Assembly: GCA_965223265.1 (NCBI GenBank)
Contig: OZ244999.1
Coordinates: 6,560,001 to 6,624,000, forward strand
Length of the DNA: 64,000 nucleotides
Reading direction: 5' to 3'
DNA from: Planctomycetota bacterium
Lineage (GTDB): Bacteria; Planctomycetota; UBA8108; SXIK01
A model generated the notes under the pieces. That model was given only the letters and a program-made list of their open reading frames with translations. It was not told where the DNA came from and searched no databases. Shown piece by piece: positions 1 through 9,871 of the stretch (its first letter is position 1; every line of letters starts with the position of its first letter). Position numbers and translations under genes: made by a program.

Positions 1-243
1 CTCCTTGGGTACGAGCGCGATGACATCGCGAGCCACCTCCCCTTTCGACAGGTTCGCGAACGGCAAGTCCCAATGTTTCGCGAGGGCACGACTGACCTGC
101 TCCTGGGAGCAGACCTCCTGCTTGACGAGCGCTTCGCCGATGCGGCAGTCGTTCGTCTCCGCGTATTGCGCCGCCTTTTCGAGCTGTTGGTCCGACGCGG
201 CACCCATCGCCTTGAGAATCTGACCAACCGATTTCTTATTCAA
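1..243 (-). CDS. PilB/GspE-family ATPase, N-terminal MshEN-like region (partial, runs off the window start)
   Basis: Absent from the ORF track; manual translation from TTG at 243 (SD AGGAGG upstream) gives MNKKSVGQILKAMG...CRIGEALVKQEVCSQEQVSRALAKHWDLPFANL..., the typical PilB/GspE N-terminus. Confidence 0.75.
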   Translation of the reverse strand, partial: MNKKSVGQILKAMGAASDQQLEKAAQYAETNDCRIGEALVKQEVCSQEQVSRALAKHWDLPFANLSKGEVARDVIALVPKE

Positions 244-453
244 CGTAACCTCCTACGGGAAAAACCTTCGACGCGCCGCGCGACCGCTACGACGGTCATC
301 GCAACAGAATCTCGAAGGTTGTCGCTCGTCCGAATCCTCCAGATGATTGGAGGATTGATGATGAGGTGAGACGGGGACGGTTCGCGACGGAAAATGCGGA
401 TCGATCTTGGGGATAAGAGCGTCCAAGCGAGACTGGACGCGGAGTAAGAAATT

Positions 454-481
454 AGTATATGCTCGACACTTAACGAGTCAA
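454..481 (-). promoter_or_regulatory. sigma-70-like promoter for the pilB/gspE-like gene
   Basis: TTGACT-N16-TATACT on the minus strand in an AT-rich patch. Confidence 0.5.
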
Positions 482-653
482 GGGTGCCCACGTGGGTGCC
501 GGGCGGCAACGAGACCGGCCGGCAGTCAACACGCCCCTAAGACCGCAAAGCGTGCACGCCAACCCCGCCCCCCTTGCCGGTCGAAACCCCTTCCGGACGG
601 GCCCTTTCCGGACGGGCCCCGCCTCGTGGCCGAGCTGGACATTCAGCGGACTG

Positions 654-1574
654 TTAGTCGCCAAACGTGGAAAAGTCCTTCAATGGCCACCATCGGACCA
701 CGACCTTTCCTTTAACGTTTTGGACCGAGACGGCATCGAACGAACGGCTGTCGTGGCTGTCAGGCCGATTATCTCCGAGCACGTAAAAAGAGTCGGTGGG
801 CACCGTCTCGTCGATGGCTCGCTCGTGGTAGTACGTAGGTGGGGTGATGTAATCTTCGTGGAAAAGTTCGCCGTTGAGGTAAACCTGGCCGTTACGGATC
901 TCAACAGCGTCTCCGGGAAGCCCAACCACACGCTTGATCAGATCCTTCCCCGGATCCTCCGGCGAAGCGAAGACGATCACGTCTCCCCTACCGACGCTAA
1001 AGAGTGTCTTGAGGACGACCACGCGTTCGCCGTTGTGAAACGAAGGCTCCATGCTGCGGCCCTTGATCTCGTAGGCCTCGGCGACGTAGGTCTTCAGCGT
1101 CAGCGCCAACGCGAACGCAACGCAAACCAACGCGAGAGCCTCAAGGAGACCACTTCGCTGTCGCGGCGGCGACGGCTTCGACTCGACCTCTTTGGCGGGC
1201 GGCGCGGTTGACGGCAGTGCCGGCTCCGGTTCTGCAAGGCCGAGCGCGAGATCGTCGAGCAGGCGTAATTCGTCGTCGTCGGATGCGAGGGCACTGCGGC
1301 GGCGGCGTAGCGGATGGGAAGGTTCGAATTCGTCGTCGGCGTCTTGAAGATCTTCCTCCCTGGGAAAAGCCTCGCTTGGGAAGGGAACGTCGTCGGCGAG
1401 AGGCGGCGCATCGCGCGAACCGAGTCGCAGATCGTCTCCTGAACCACCTCGGAGCCCGCCCCCATCGCCGTCCTCACCATCGCCCGCACCGTATCGACGA
1501 GACGGCCATGGTTCCTTCGAGAAGTCAGAAGCGCTTGACTTCGAGGCGTTAGGAAAATCGTCGATCGGTTTCAC
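654..1574 (-). CDS. lepB: signal peptidase I with a long acidic N-terminal extension
   Basis: TM segment followed by GRSMEP (catalytic Ser), DLIKRVVGLPGD (catalytic Lys) and LGDNRPDSHDSR. Confidence 0.95.
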   Translation of the reverse strand: MKPIDDFPNASKSSASDFSKEPWPSRRYGAGDGEDGDGGGLRGGSGDDLRLGSRDAPPLADDVPFPSEAFPREEDLQDADDEFEPSHPLRRRRSALASDDDELRLLDDLALGLAEPEPALPSTAPPAKEVESKPSPPRQRSGLLEALALVCVAFALALTLKTYVAEAYEIKGRSMEPSFHNGERVVVLKTLFSVGRGDVIVFASPEDPGKDLIKRVVGLPGDAVEIRNGQVYLNGELFHEDYITPPTYYHERAIDETVPTDSFYVLGDNRPDSHDSRSFDAVSVQNVKGKVVVRWWPLKDFSTFGD

Positions 1575-1850
1575 AAATCCCTCTGCTGAGCTCTAGCCTC
1601 GAGTCTGGCCATTTCGCGTCGAGCCTGGGAGCGCCAGGAGCGTCGAGGCCAAGGAGCGACTCGGGCGCGATCCCGCCCGGGTCGTGGCGGAGGACGGGCG
1701 CAGGCATCGGCGCTCCTGGCGCTCCCCGAAGGGCCGGACAGGAGTTTTTGAACATGCACAAGCGTTCTCAGGGTAGAAAAAAGTCGAAACGGCCTCGGAA
1801 TCCTCGCGAAACTCGTCCGGCCAGGCCGGCGCGAAATGGCCAGACTCGAG

Positions 1851-1938
1851 CTAGCAGCCCGCCTGAAAAAGTCATTCGGCTGAGAAACCGGCCTCTTCAC
1901 GCCCAGTTTTCAGCTCGTAGCACTCAACAGGCTGCTGG
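1851..1938. mobile_element. MITE-like element, internally deleted copy
   Basis: Same ends as the 13902-14068 element (CTAGCAGCCC...GAAAAAGTCATTCGGC and TCAACAGGCTGCT); central hairpin missing. Confidence 0.7.
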
Positions 1939-2421
1939 CGACGGGCGTGACGACGATGGTAGCAGGAAGGCCGACAGTCCACAACCCGCCCCCCAGCCGC
2001 TTTCCCAAGCATCGTGCTGTAGAAGGATTACGTCGTTTCGGCTTGGACTCGATGCGCCATCGCTGGGCGCGGCTCCCCCGACAAGGTGCGCTGGTCGTCG
2101 CGGGGAGTGCCAATAAGGGGCGCGTCGGCCGCGACTGACGGCCGACGCTCGGGCTCGATTTGCCGCCGCGCGAGTACCCGAATATACTTCGAACGTGAGG
2201 CCGCAGGCCGCGCGCTGTGCCGAAAAGCGATGGTGGCAAAGAATCCGCCCGGCGCTGGGTTGTGCGCCGCCGTCAAAGAGCTCGCGGCTCTTTCGCCGAG
2301 TGCCTACCGCACGGAGCGGGCCAGCTAGCCATCGCGTGGTTTTTGCCTGGGAGCACTGCGCAACTCCTAAACAGACAGCACGACCTGCCCGCGGGTCCGC
2401 AGCAGTTGAGGGAACAACACG

Positions 2422-3744
2422 GTGGAAAAGTCCGAAACTGGCTCGGCCGAACTCCTGGCTGACGACCTCGAGGTCACTACCACCGTCTACGAGTTCGCGG
2501 ATGGAAGAATCAGTCGCTCGATTCATGGCCCGCTCTGCCTCCTTGAAATCGTTGGGACCTATACGGCGCCCCTCGGCAAAGAGCTCGAGCGCCTGGCGGT
2601 GTGGCAAGGCGATCTCGGAATCGTCTTCGGCGAGATCAAGGTCAACCCCCGAACCAAACGCCGGTTTGACGGCACCATGGTCGCCCTCCTGAGCAACATT
2701 TCAACTCGCCGCAACGCGAGTGGTCGCAGCCTCTCGCTTTGCCAACCACCGAGCGAGTTGGTCGACGCTCTGAAACTCGCTGGCACGGAGATGCGGTTCG
2801 ACATCATCAGCGCCGAGGAAGTCGAAGATTGGGCAGAGAGGACACGCGGAAGGAGTCCGAAGACACCGACTGAAACCTCTCCCAACTCAAATCTCACCGA
2901 CGACGCGCAAGCCCCAACGGGCGAGGCGACCACCGCGCGCCGGCGCATCCGACGGTTCAATCAATCACTCAAACGCACCGCAAAACTGGAGCATGGGCTG
3001 GATGTCGCGGCCCGTTACGTCGAGCGATTCCTCCCTCGTCATGCTCCCAAGGTCTCCGGCTATGAGTTCGCCCACGTCTATCGTACGTCGGAGAAGGTCG
3101 GCGGCGATTTCTTCGATTTCATCCCACTTGAAGGAGGACGACTAGGCATCGTGATCGGCGACGTGTCGGGCCACGGAATCGACGCGGCTCTGCTCATGGG
3201 AATCTCAAAGAAGGTCCTGCGCATTCGCGCTACTGACGACGCAAGCCGATCGCCCCACGAGGTCCTTTGCACGGTGAGCCGGGACATCAGCGATGATTTC
3301 GAGCGCTCGAGCTTCGTCACCGCAGTCTACGGCATCCTTGACCCGCCAAGCGGCCGCTTCGTTTACGCGCGGGCCGGACATGAAAACCCGATCGTGGTCT
3401 CGCCCCGCGACGGGCGCGTACAGACCGTCGCCTCCCGCGGCGCCCCGCTAGGGCTTGACCAGGTGTGCGATCTCCCTGGCTTGCTGGAACAGGCCGAGCT
3501 CAACCTAGCGCCTGGGGAACTCCTTGTGCTCTCGACCGACGGACTCCCCGAGACACGCAACGACAGAGGCGCAACCTTCAGCCGTGGTCGCGCCGCCTAT
3601 GCACTCTCTAAGGTGCCGGAAAACGCCAACTGCCAAGAAGCACTCGATGTTCTCGCCGATTCCCTCGACGAGTTCTCCGGCGACGCGCCACAAGAAGACG
3701 ATCTGACCGTGCTGGTGGTCAAGCGGTCGGTTATCGGCTCATAG
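2422..3744 (+). CDS. STAS domain plus PP2C (SpoIIE/RsbU-type) Ser/Thr phosphatase
   Basis: VGGDFFDF, IGDVSGHG, STDGLPE and QEDDLT motifs; N-terminal STAS-like segment (LSLCQPPSELVDALKLAG). Confidence 0.9.
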   Translation: MEKSETGSAELLADDLEVTTTVYEFADGRISRSIHGPLCLLEIVGTYTAPLGKELERLAVWQGDLGIVFGEIKVNPRTKRRFDGTMVALLSNISTRRNASGRSLSLCQPPSELVDALKLAGTEMRFDIISAEEVEDWAERTRGRSPKTPTETSPNSNLTDDAQAPTGEATTARRRIRRFNQSLKRTAKLEHGLDVAARYVERFLPRHAPKVSGYEFAHVYRTSEKVGGDFFDFIPLEGGRLGIVIGDVSGHGIDAALLMGISKKVLRIRATDDASRSPHEVLCTVSRDISDDFERSSFVTAVYGILDPPSGRFVYARAGHENPIVVSPRDGRVQTVASRGAPLGLDQVCDLPGLLEQAELNLAPGELLVLSTDGLPETRNDRGATFSRGRAAYALSKVPENANCQEALDVLADSLDEFSGDAPQEDDLTVLVVKRSVIGS

Positions 3745-3846
3745 AATTGCTCGATGCCCGAAATCAGGTCACTCTGAGATGAGCCCATAGCTATCCAGCG
3801 GCAAGTGTAACTAGACTAAGAACGACGACATCATCGAGATCACGTA

Positions 3847-6800
3847 GTGGCTTTCAGAGGCGACGTTTCCCAGATCCCCCTGTCCAACATCGTTCAAGCT
3901 CTGATGATGAACGGGCAGGAAGGCGTGCTAACTCTTGAAGGCGACCGCTTCGGCGCCCGCCTCTGCATGCTCAAGATCGGAATCCGACCTCTGAACCATC
4001 AGCAACAGCCGCCCGATCTTCTGCGGCACATTTTGCTGAAACAAAAGCTACTGACGGAGTCGCAGTTCCAGAACATATTCTCGACATGGGTGCCGGGAAC
4101 CTCCTATCCCGGCGACTACCTGATCAATCGACGGATTCTCAAGCCCGAAACGGTTCACACCGAGCTTCGCAAGCAGCTCGAGGATTTCATCTTTCAGATC
4201 TTCTTGGAGCCGCGACTCAAGTACGAGTTCATAGCGGGAGAAGATAGCACCAGTTTTGAGCTCTTCTCACCGGACGGTCTTGGAGAGTCGCTCATCTACA
4301 ACACGAACGGCGTCCTCATGGAGACCGTTCGGCGACAGGATGAATGGAACCGCTTCCGCGAAGTGATCGCAGCTCCGCAGGAGATCTACAATCTCGATAA
4401 GGGGGCTAAGATCAATGCGGAGGAATTTGGAGTTCCTTCTCAGCGTGTGGAAGAAGTCCAACGATTGATCGATGGTTCTAGTAGCGTCGAGCAGGTGATC
4501 GCCCGATCAATCTACAGCCCGTTCGACGTCTACGAAGTACTATTCCACTTCCACAATCGGGGCTTGATCAGGCAACTCGACTTAGGCGAAAAGAAGAGAC
4601 TCGCTCAGCGTCTGAGCAAATCTCTCCGTCCACACGACTCGATCTCGATCTACCAGAGCCTGCTGCTGGACGACCCCGGCAACGTCGGAATCCGCAAGAA
4701 GCTGATCGGGTTGCTGCACAAAAACGGCGCCTCGCAAGCCGAGTTGGTCGAGCAATACTCAAAGCTGGCAGCCGTTTTGGAGGAAGAGGACCCCGAGCAA
4801 GCCGGCGAATGCCTCCGCAAAGTTCTTGCGATCGAACCTCGCAATCTCGCCGCCCTTGACCAGTTGTTCGACCTCCACATCGCAGCCGGCCACCAACGCG
4901 AAGCCGCACAGGTCATGCGCACGCTCGTGAGCGTAGCGCAGGAAGACCTCGACTCGCAAGCCGCCATCGAGCTGCTCTACAAGTTGGTGAACTATTTCCC
5001 CGAAGACGTGACCCTCTTCCATCAACTGGCAGAGATCCTCGCGGACACCAACAACATCGACGAAGCGGTGTCTTGCTTGAAGTCCGTTGCGGAGGTGTAT
5101 CACCGCCGCAAGGACTACCAGAAGCTGCGCAAGACGTACGAAAAGATCAGCCGCCTACGTCCTGAAGAAGGCGCGAAGCTTAGGAAGCTGAAAGACATTG
5201 AGAAGCGCACGGAGCGCTCCAAGGGACAACTCGTCAAGTTCGCATCAATCACCCTGGTCGTTGGCTTGCTGGCAGGGTTCGCGAGCGTCGCTGCCATGCA
5301 TGAGCTGCGTGCACGACAGCTGTATCGAGAGGTCGTTCAATCTGTCTCAACCATGACGGAACTTGAGGAATACCAGCAGGCCGAGCGACTATTGGCCGAT
5401 TTTCGCTCGACGTTTCCATTCTCAAGCGTTCGCAGTGAGGCCTACGCCCTTGAACTCGAATTGGGCACGCTTCGAGAACAACAGACGGTGGCTGACCGGG
5501 AAAAAGAGAAGAGTCGGACGTTCGAGGAGCGCTCCAAGTTCACGAAGGTCAAAATCAAATATAAAGAACGAGAGTATCTCGAGGCTCACGAGATTCTTGA
5601 AACTCTCGACCCCAAGCTTCTCTCGGTCAAGGCGCAGAGAGAGGTCGAAAGCATTGCCGCGTTGATCGAGGAGCACTTCGCAGTTGCGGAGGAGACGTGG
5701 AAGCGCGCCGAACTGGCGTTCGAGAACGGAGACTACGCGACCGCACACAAGTTTTCGAGATCCATCGTCCTCGATGGAACAAGCTCCCCGACCGCCGAGC
5801 ACGTTCGGATACCCGTCTACGTGGAGACCATTCCGCCTGGCGCGGAGGTACTCGTCGCCGGCGAAATCGTTGGTAATACTCCGTTGGCGCTCCGCTTCAT
5901 GCCGAAAAGCAAGATTCCGTCTGTCGAGATTCGGAAACTCGGATACGAAAGCAGAAACCTCGACGAACTGGAGATCGACGAACAACCGTTCAATCCACTG
6001 ACGACAGCGAGTTTGCGGATCGAGCTGCCCAAATCAATCGAATGGAGCTTCGACTCCCACGGCCCGATCGAAGGATTCCCTGTGGCGGCGGACGGCCGCG
6101 TGTTCTTCGGAAACCGATCGGGGAGTGTCTACGCACTGAAGCTCGATTCGCGTCAAGAGGTTTGGAGGTTCGAGGTCGACTTCCGCATGGACGTGACAGG
6201 TGGCATCAACACATGGAATCAACTCATCTACTTTGGTTCGGCGAACGGATACTTGTACGTCCTCAACGCAACCAACGGCCAACTGCTCCAAAAGGTTGGA
6301 GCTTCTCGGAACATGCTTCCGGTGAAAGAAGCGCCCTCGAGAGTGAACGCCGAAGGCGTGACGTTCGTCAATTGCGGTGGCAAGACCCTCTCCGCGATTA
6401 AGCTGACAACTGGCAAATTCGCGTGGCCGAGCGTTTCGACTCAACGCCGCCAATTCGTCGGCACACCGATGCTCCGAGAATCCTCTTGCATCGTCATCAC
6501 GTCGAGTGGTGAGGCTGTTGAGTTTTCTCAACAGACGGGCAAACGACTGGTGACGCATTCAGTGACGTCGGCCCCAGTTTCGCTGTCGGGAGCCATGGTC
6601 GGTCAACGTTTGATCGTATGTGACGGTGCGCACAAGGTCGTCGTCTACGACGTCGAGAAGAGATCCACGAAGTGGACGTTCGACTGCGGTGCCAAGATCA
6701 CGGCGCCACCGACCGTCGACGCCGACTACGTGGTTGTCGCGACGGCGGCTCGGCAGCTGATATGCCTCGGGGAGGATGGCCAAAAGCTGTGGACCATCAC

Positions 6801-7029
6801 GACCGAACACCCGATCACGACCGCCGGAACGATTTTCAAGAGTCTGCTGATTGTCGGGTCGTCGAGCGGAGAGCTCCTCTGCGCCGATCTCCTAACAGGT
6901 CGGAAGATGTGGACCTATAAGACGAGCGGCTTTCCGACGCACGGCATCACAGCGCGTGGCGCTGTGGACGATGGACGAATCTATATCGGAGCACAGGACG
7001 GTGCGTTCTACTGCGTCACTGCGGAGTAA
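3847..7029 (+). CDS. DUF4388-TPR-TM-PEGA-PQQ-type beta-propeller protein
   Basis: MAFRGDVSQIPLSNIVQAL...GVLTL (DUF4388-like), TPR helices, TM near aa 465-485, VETIPPGAEVLV (PEGA), repeated W-x-F/GxxxW propeller blades. Confidence 0.85.
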   Translation: MAFRGDVSQIPLSNIVQALMMNGQEGVLTLEGDRFGARLCMLKIGIRPLNHQQQPPDLLRHILLKQKLLTESQFQNIFSTWVPGTSYPGDYLINRRILKPETVHTELRKQLEDFIFQIFLEPRLKYEFIAGEDSTSFELFSPDGLGESLIYNTNGVLMETVRRQDEWNRFREVIAAPQEIYNLDKGAKINAEEFGVPSQRVEEVQRLIDGSSSVEQVIARSIYSPFDVYEVLFHFHNRGLIRQLDLGEKKRLAQRLSKSLRPHDSISIYQSLLLDDPGNVGIRKKLIGLLHKNGASQAELVEQYSKLAAVLEEEDPEQAGECLRKVLAIEPRNLAALDQLFDLHIAAGHQREAAQVMRTLVSVAQEDLDSQAAIELLYKLVNYFPEDVTLFHQLAEILADTNNIDEAVSCLKSVAEVYHRRKDYQKLRKTYEKISRLRPEEGAKLRKLKDIEKRTERSKGQLVKFASITLVVGLLAGFASVAAMHELRARQLYREVVQSVSTMTELEEYQQAERLLADFRSTFPFSSVRSEAYALELELGTLREQQTVADREKEKSRTFEERSKFTKVKIKYKEREYLEAHEILETLDPKLLSVKAQREVESIAALIEEHFAVAEETWKRAELAFENGDYATAHKFSRSIVLDGTSSPTAEHVRIPVYVETIPPGAEVLVAGEIVGNTPLALRFMPKSKIPSVEIRKLGYESRNLDELEIDEQPFNPLTTASLRIELPKSIEWSFDSHGPIEGFPVAADGRVFFGNRSGSVYALKLDSRQEVWRFEVDFRMDVTGGINTWNQLIYFGSANGYLYVLNATNGQLLQKVGASRNMLPVKEAPSRVNAEGVTFVNCGGKTLSAIKLTTGKFAWPSVSTQRRQFVGTPMLRESSCIVITSSGEAVEFSQQTGKRLVTHSVTSAPVSLSGAMVGQRLIVCDGAHKVVVYDVEKRSTKWTFDCGAKITAPPTVDADYVVVATAARQLICLGEDGQKLWTITTEHPITTAGTIFKSLLIVGSSSGELLCADLLTGRKMWTYKTSGFPTHGITARGAVDDGRIYIGAQDGAFYCVTAE

Positions 7030-7233
7030 GCCCCCGTACGTGAGAGCGAATCCGCTCTTGCGTATCGCTCGCCGGTACACGGCTTCACCGTTTTCGGACG
7101 ATGCAGGCCTCTTGTAACGCACCGATTTGCCGGCTCAAACCGTCCATCCTATTCTCACTTGGATACATGAGCTAAAGAACCCCCGACGAACCGATCGAAG
7201 AAACGGTCAGACTCAACTCAGGAAATAAGCCCC

Positions 7234-8292
7234 GTGTTCTCACTCTTCTCTGCACTCCTAAACACATACCGTCGCAAGCAACTCGAAGCTGCCTACGACA
7301 GATACAAGGCGTCGCCTGGGGCCCAAGAGAGCATCCGTCTGTCACGTTTATTGCTCGCCACGGGTCGAGGGTATCAAGCCGTCAAAGTCATCTCCGAAGC
7401 CAAGCGGCAATACCCCGATCACGCAGGGGTCTTGAAGCAGCACAAACGAACCAAGATCCGCCAGGCGATCGCGTCGCTCAATCGAATCGACCGGCTTCTT
7501 GCACGGGACCGCAGCTTAAGACTCTTGTGCAAAGCGTCGGATTTGGCGTGCGCTCAAGGCGACTACGCGAAAGCAGAACGCTACGCGGAGGAAGCCGTCC
7601 AGGCCTTCCCGGAAGATTGGCAATCGCATTTCGCAATGGGAAAGCTCTTCTTTCACCGTTTCAACGCCACGCGTGACACTGAGGACCAAGAGCGAGCTCT
7701 GTCGTCTCTCGACGAAGCTTATCAGTTGAACTCGGAAGAATACGACGTTCTCCTGCTGCTCGGCTTGACGCTTGCGAGAGCCGGTGAGTACGCCGCCGCC
7801 CGTGACGTCACGAACCTGATCCTCGAGATCGAACCGGACGATATTAAAGCGTCCCAACTTCTTGACTACGTCGAGCAGTCGCTGCGTCGAGCCTCTTCAG
7901 CTCCTGCCGCAATTCAGACCGAAGAGCGCGTCGTTTCGGACGTCGACACGGACGTCCTGTTGGAACGCCTCCAAGACATTGAAGGTGTCGTCGGCCTCTA
8001 TCTCTTCGACTCCGAAGGCAACTTGGCGACTACGTTCGCCAAGGAGAACCAGACGTTTGCCTTCTCCGATTCTCACTCGCCGATGGATGCCATGCTCAAG
8101 ACGTGCCATCTGGACGTCTCCCGCATTGGTCTCGGGAGTTTTCGTTCTTGCCTGATCTGCGGCGAAGGCTGGCAAACGATCGTGCGCTCTTTCGAGAGCG
8201 TTCAAGTGATCGGGTTCTTCGAGCAGTACCCGCACGGAGAGGCACTCGAACAAGAAATCGACGATATCGTGCGAGCCTCAGCCGTTGCGTAG
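7234..8292 (+). CDS. TPR protein with a C-terminal roadblock/LC7-like domain
   Basis: TPR helices, then LLERLQDIEGVVGLYLFDSEGNL roadblock signature; located in the mgl cluster. Confidence 0.8.
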   Translation: MFSLFSALLNTYRRKQLEAAYDRYKASPGAQESIRLSRLLLATGRGYQAVKVISEAKRQYPDHAGVLKQHKRTKIRQAIASLNRIDRLLARDRSLRLLCKASDLACAQGDYAKAERYAEEAVQAFPEDWQSHFAMGKLFFHRFNATRDTEDQERALSSLDEAYQLNSEEYDVLLLLGLTLARAGEYAAARDVTNLILEIEPDDIKASQLLDYVEQSLRRASSAPAAIQTEERVVSDVDTDVLLERLQDIEGVVGLYLFDSEGNLATTFAKENQTFAFSDSHSPMDAMLKTCHLDVSRIGLGSFRSCLICGEGWQTIVRSFESVQVIGFFEQYPHGEALEQEIDDIVRASAVA

Positions 8293-8376
8293 GGCATTGA
8301 CGATAGTACTGCCGATCCCAGACCTCAGATTCGATAGATAACGTCACAGCGGACAAACGGTAAAGAAAGCCACACC

Positions 8377-8727
8377 ATGCAAGAGATACTCACAAAGCTC
8401 AACGATAGAGCCGACGTCTTAGGCAGCATGGTCATCACACCTGACGGAATCACTGTGGCGACGGCCCTGCACTCCGACCTCGACGAGGAGACGGTCGCAG
8501 CGTTCGCCTCCTCACTTCTTGTTACGCTCAAGAAAAGCCTTTCGGATCTGGAAACTGCCGGAACGCTCTCCTTCTGTACGCTCAATTCGACGGAAGGAAA
8601 ACTCGTCTTCTTTGACATGAAAAACTCTTATCTCGTGGTGGTGACGAAGCCGAATACTCAGATTGCAAGTCGCATCGTCGCAATCGAACAAGCCATCGAC
8701 GAGATTCAGAACCGCCGGGTCGCATAG
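8377..8727 (+). CDS. roadblock/LC7 domain protein (MglB/MglC-like)
   Basis: DVLGSMVITPDGITVA...ETVAAFASSL roadblock pattern, 116 aa, directly upstream of mglA. Confidence 0.88.
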   Translation: MQEILTKLNDRADVLGSMVITPDGITVATALHSDLDEETVAAFASSLLVTLKKSLSDLETAGTLSFCTLNSTEGKLVFFDMKNSYLVVVTKPNTQIASRIVAIEQAIDEIQNRRVA

Positions 8728-8757
8728 ATCGGGAGTAGCACTGGAGCATAACACGTT

Positions 8758-9777
8758 ATGGTACAAATCAACTTTGCTCTAAAAGAAGTCAACTGCAAGA
8801 TCGTCTACTACGGACCCGGCCTGAGTGGAAAGACGACGAACCTCGAAGTCATCCACAGCAAGGCCCCAAAGACGAACGTTGGCGAGTTGACCTCGATTGC
8901 GACCGAAGGCGACCGAACTCTGTTCTTCGATTTTCTCCCGCTAAGTCTCGGCTCGGTTGCTGGAATGACGACGAAGTTCCAGATCTACACCGTGCCGGGC
9001 CAAGTCTATTACAACTCGACGCGCAAGCTCGTTCTTCAGGGAGCTGACGGAATCGTTTTCGTCGCCGATTCCCGACGCGGAAAGATGGACGAGAATCTCG
9101 AGTCTCTCTCCAATCTAATGGAGAATCTCGAAGAGTACGGCATGAACGTCAACACGCTCCCCTTGGTCATGCAGTACAACAAGCGCGATCTCCCAGACGT
9201 CTACGCCGTCGAGGAGCTCGAAGAGAAACTGAATCACCTCAACACGCCTCACTACGAGGCGGTGGCCGTTACCGGCGAAGGAGTCTTCCCAACGCTGAAG
9301 AAGCTCTCCCAAATGGTTCTGGAGAACCTCAACAAACAGCAAGGGTCGACCGTAGTGAAGGTCCCGAAGAAACAGGTCGAAGCCAAGGAGCCTGTCGCGG
9401 TCGGCGCGCCCGCACGCGCTGCGGCGAACACCAAGCAGAGCTCGAATCGACCTCGAACCGCGGCAGCCGCGTCGGCTGGCGGTGCTGGCGGACGCGCAGG
9501 CAGCGTCGTCCGGGAGTCCGTGACGTCGTCGCCAGGAGTTAAGCAGATCGAACGCAAGACTCCCGCAGCCAACGAATCGGGTGTCCAAACTCGTCAAAAG
9601 AAGCGACCGAGCACGGTCCAGAATCGAACACGAAAAGCCGGCTCTAGCCGAAAACAAACGCCGCCAAAGAAAAAGAGTTCGGCCGGCATTTGGGTCGTCG
9701 TAGTGATCTTGACTCTGGCAGCCGCCGGTGCTGGTTTGTACTTCAGCGGCGTTCTTGACTCCGTCTTGGGTAAATGA
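8758..9777 (+). CDS. mglA: MglA-family small GTPase with a C-terminal basic linker and TM anchor
   Basis: KIVYYGPGLSGKTTNL, TEGDRTLFFDFLPL, TVPGQVYY, QYNKRDLP; hydrophobic C-terminal helix. Confidence 0.93.
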   Translation: MVQINFALKEVNCKIVYYGPGLSGKTTNLEVIHSKAPKTNVGELTSIATEGDRTLFFDFLPLSLGSVAGMTTKFQIYTVPGQVYYNSTRKLVLQGADGIVFVADSRRGKMDENLESLSNLMENLEEYGMNVNTLPLVMQYNKRDLPDVYAVEELEEKLNHLNTPHYEAVAVTGEGVFPTLKKLSQMVLENLNKQQGSTVVKVPKKQVEAKEPVAVGAPARAAANTKQSSNRPRTAAAASAGGAGGRAGSVVRESVTSSPGVKQIERKTPAANESGVQTRQKKRPSTVQNRTRKAGSSRKQTPPKKKSSAGIWVVVVILTLAAAGAGLYFSGVLDSVLGK

Positions 9778-9871
9778 GAACAACTAAAACGTTGTCGCTC
9801 CGGTCAGAGATCTTCATCTCTCACGTGACAACAGATTTCTAAGTGAGCTTCCTTAGCTCAGGAGGTGGGCC

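Noticed and set aside
510-625. Possible c-di-GMP riboswitch and a 15-bp tandem duplication downstream of lepB
   Set aside because: Only a GCAAAGC fragment matches and the riboswitch architecture is not evident; the duplication has just two copies.
7173-7197. TAAAG...CCGAT as a sigma-28 promoter for the TPR-roadblock gene
   Set aside because: The spacer is 2-3 nt too short and the -10 box is imperfect.
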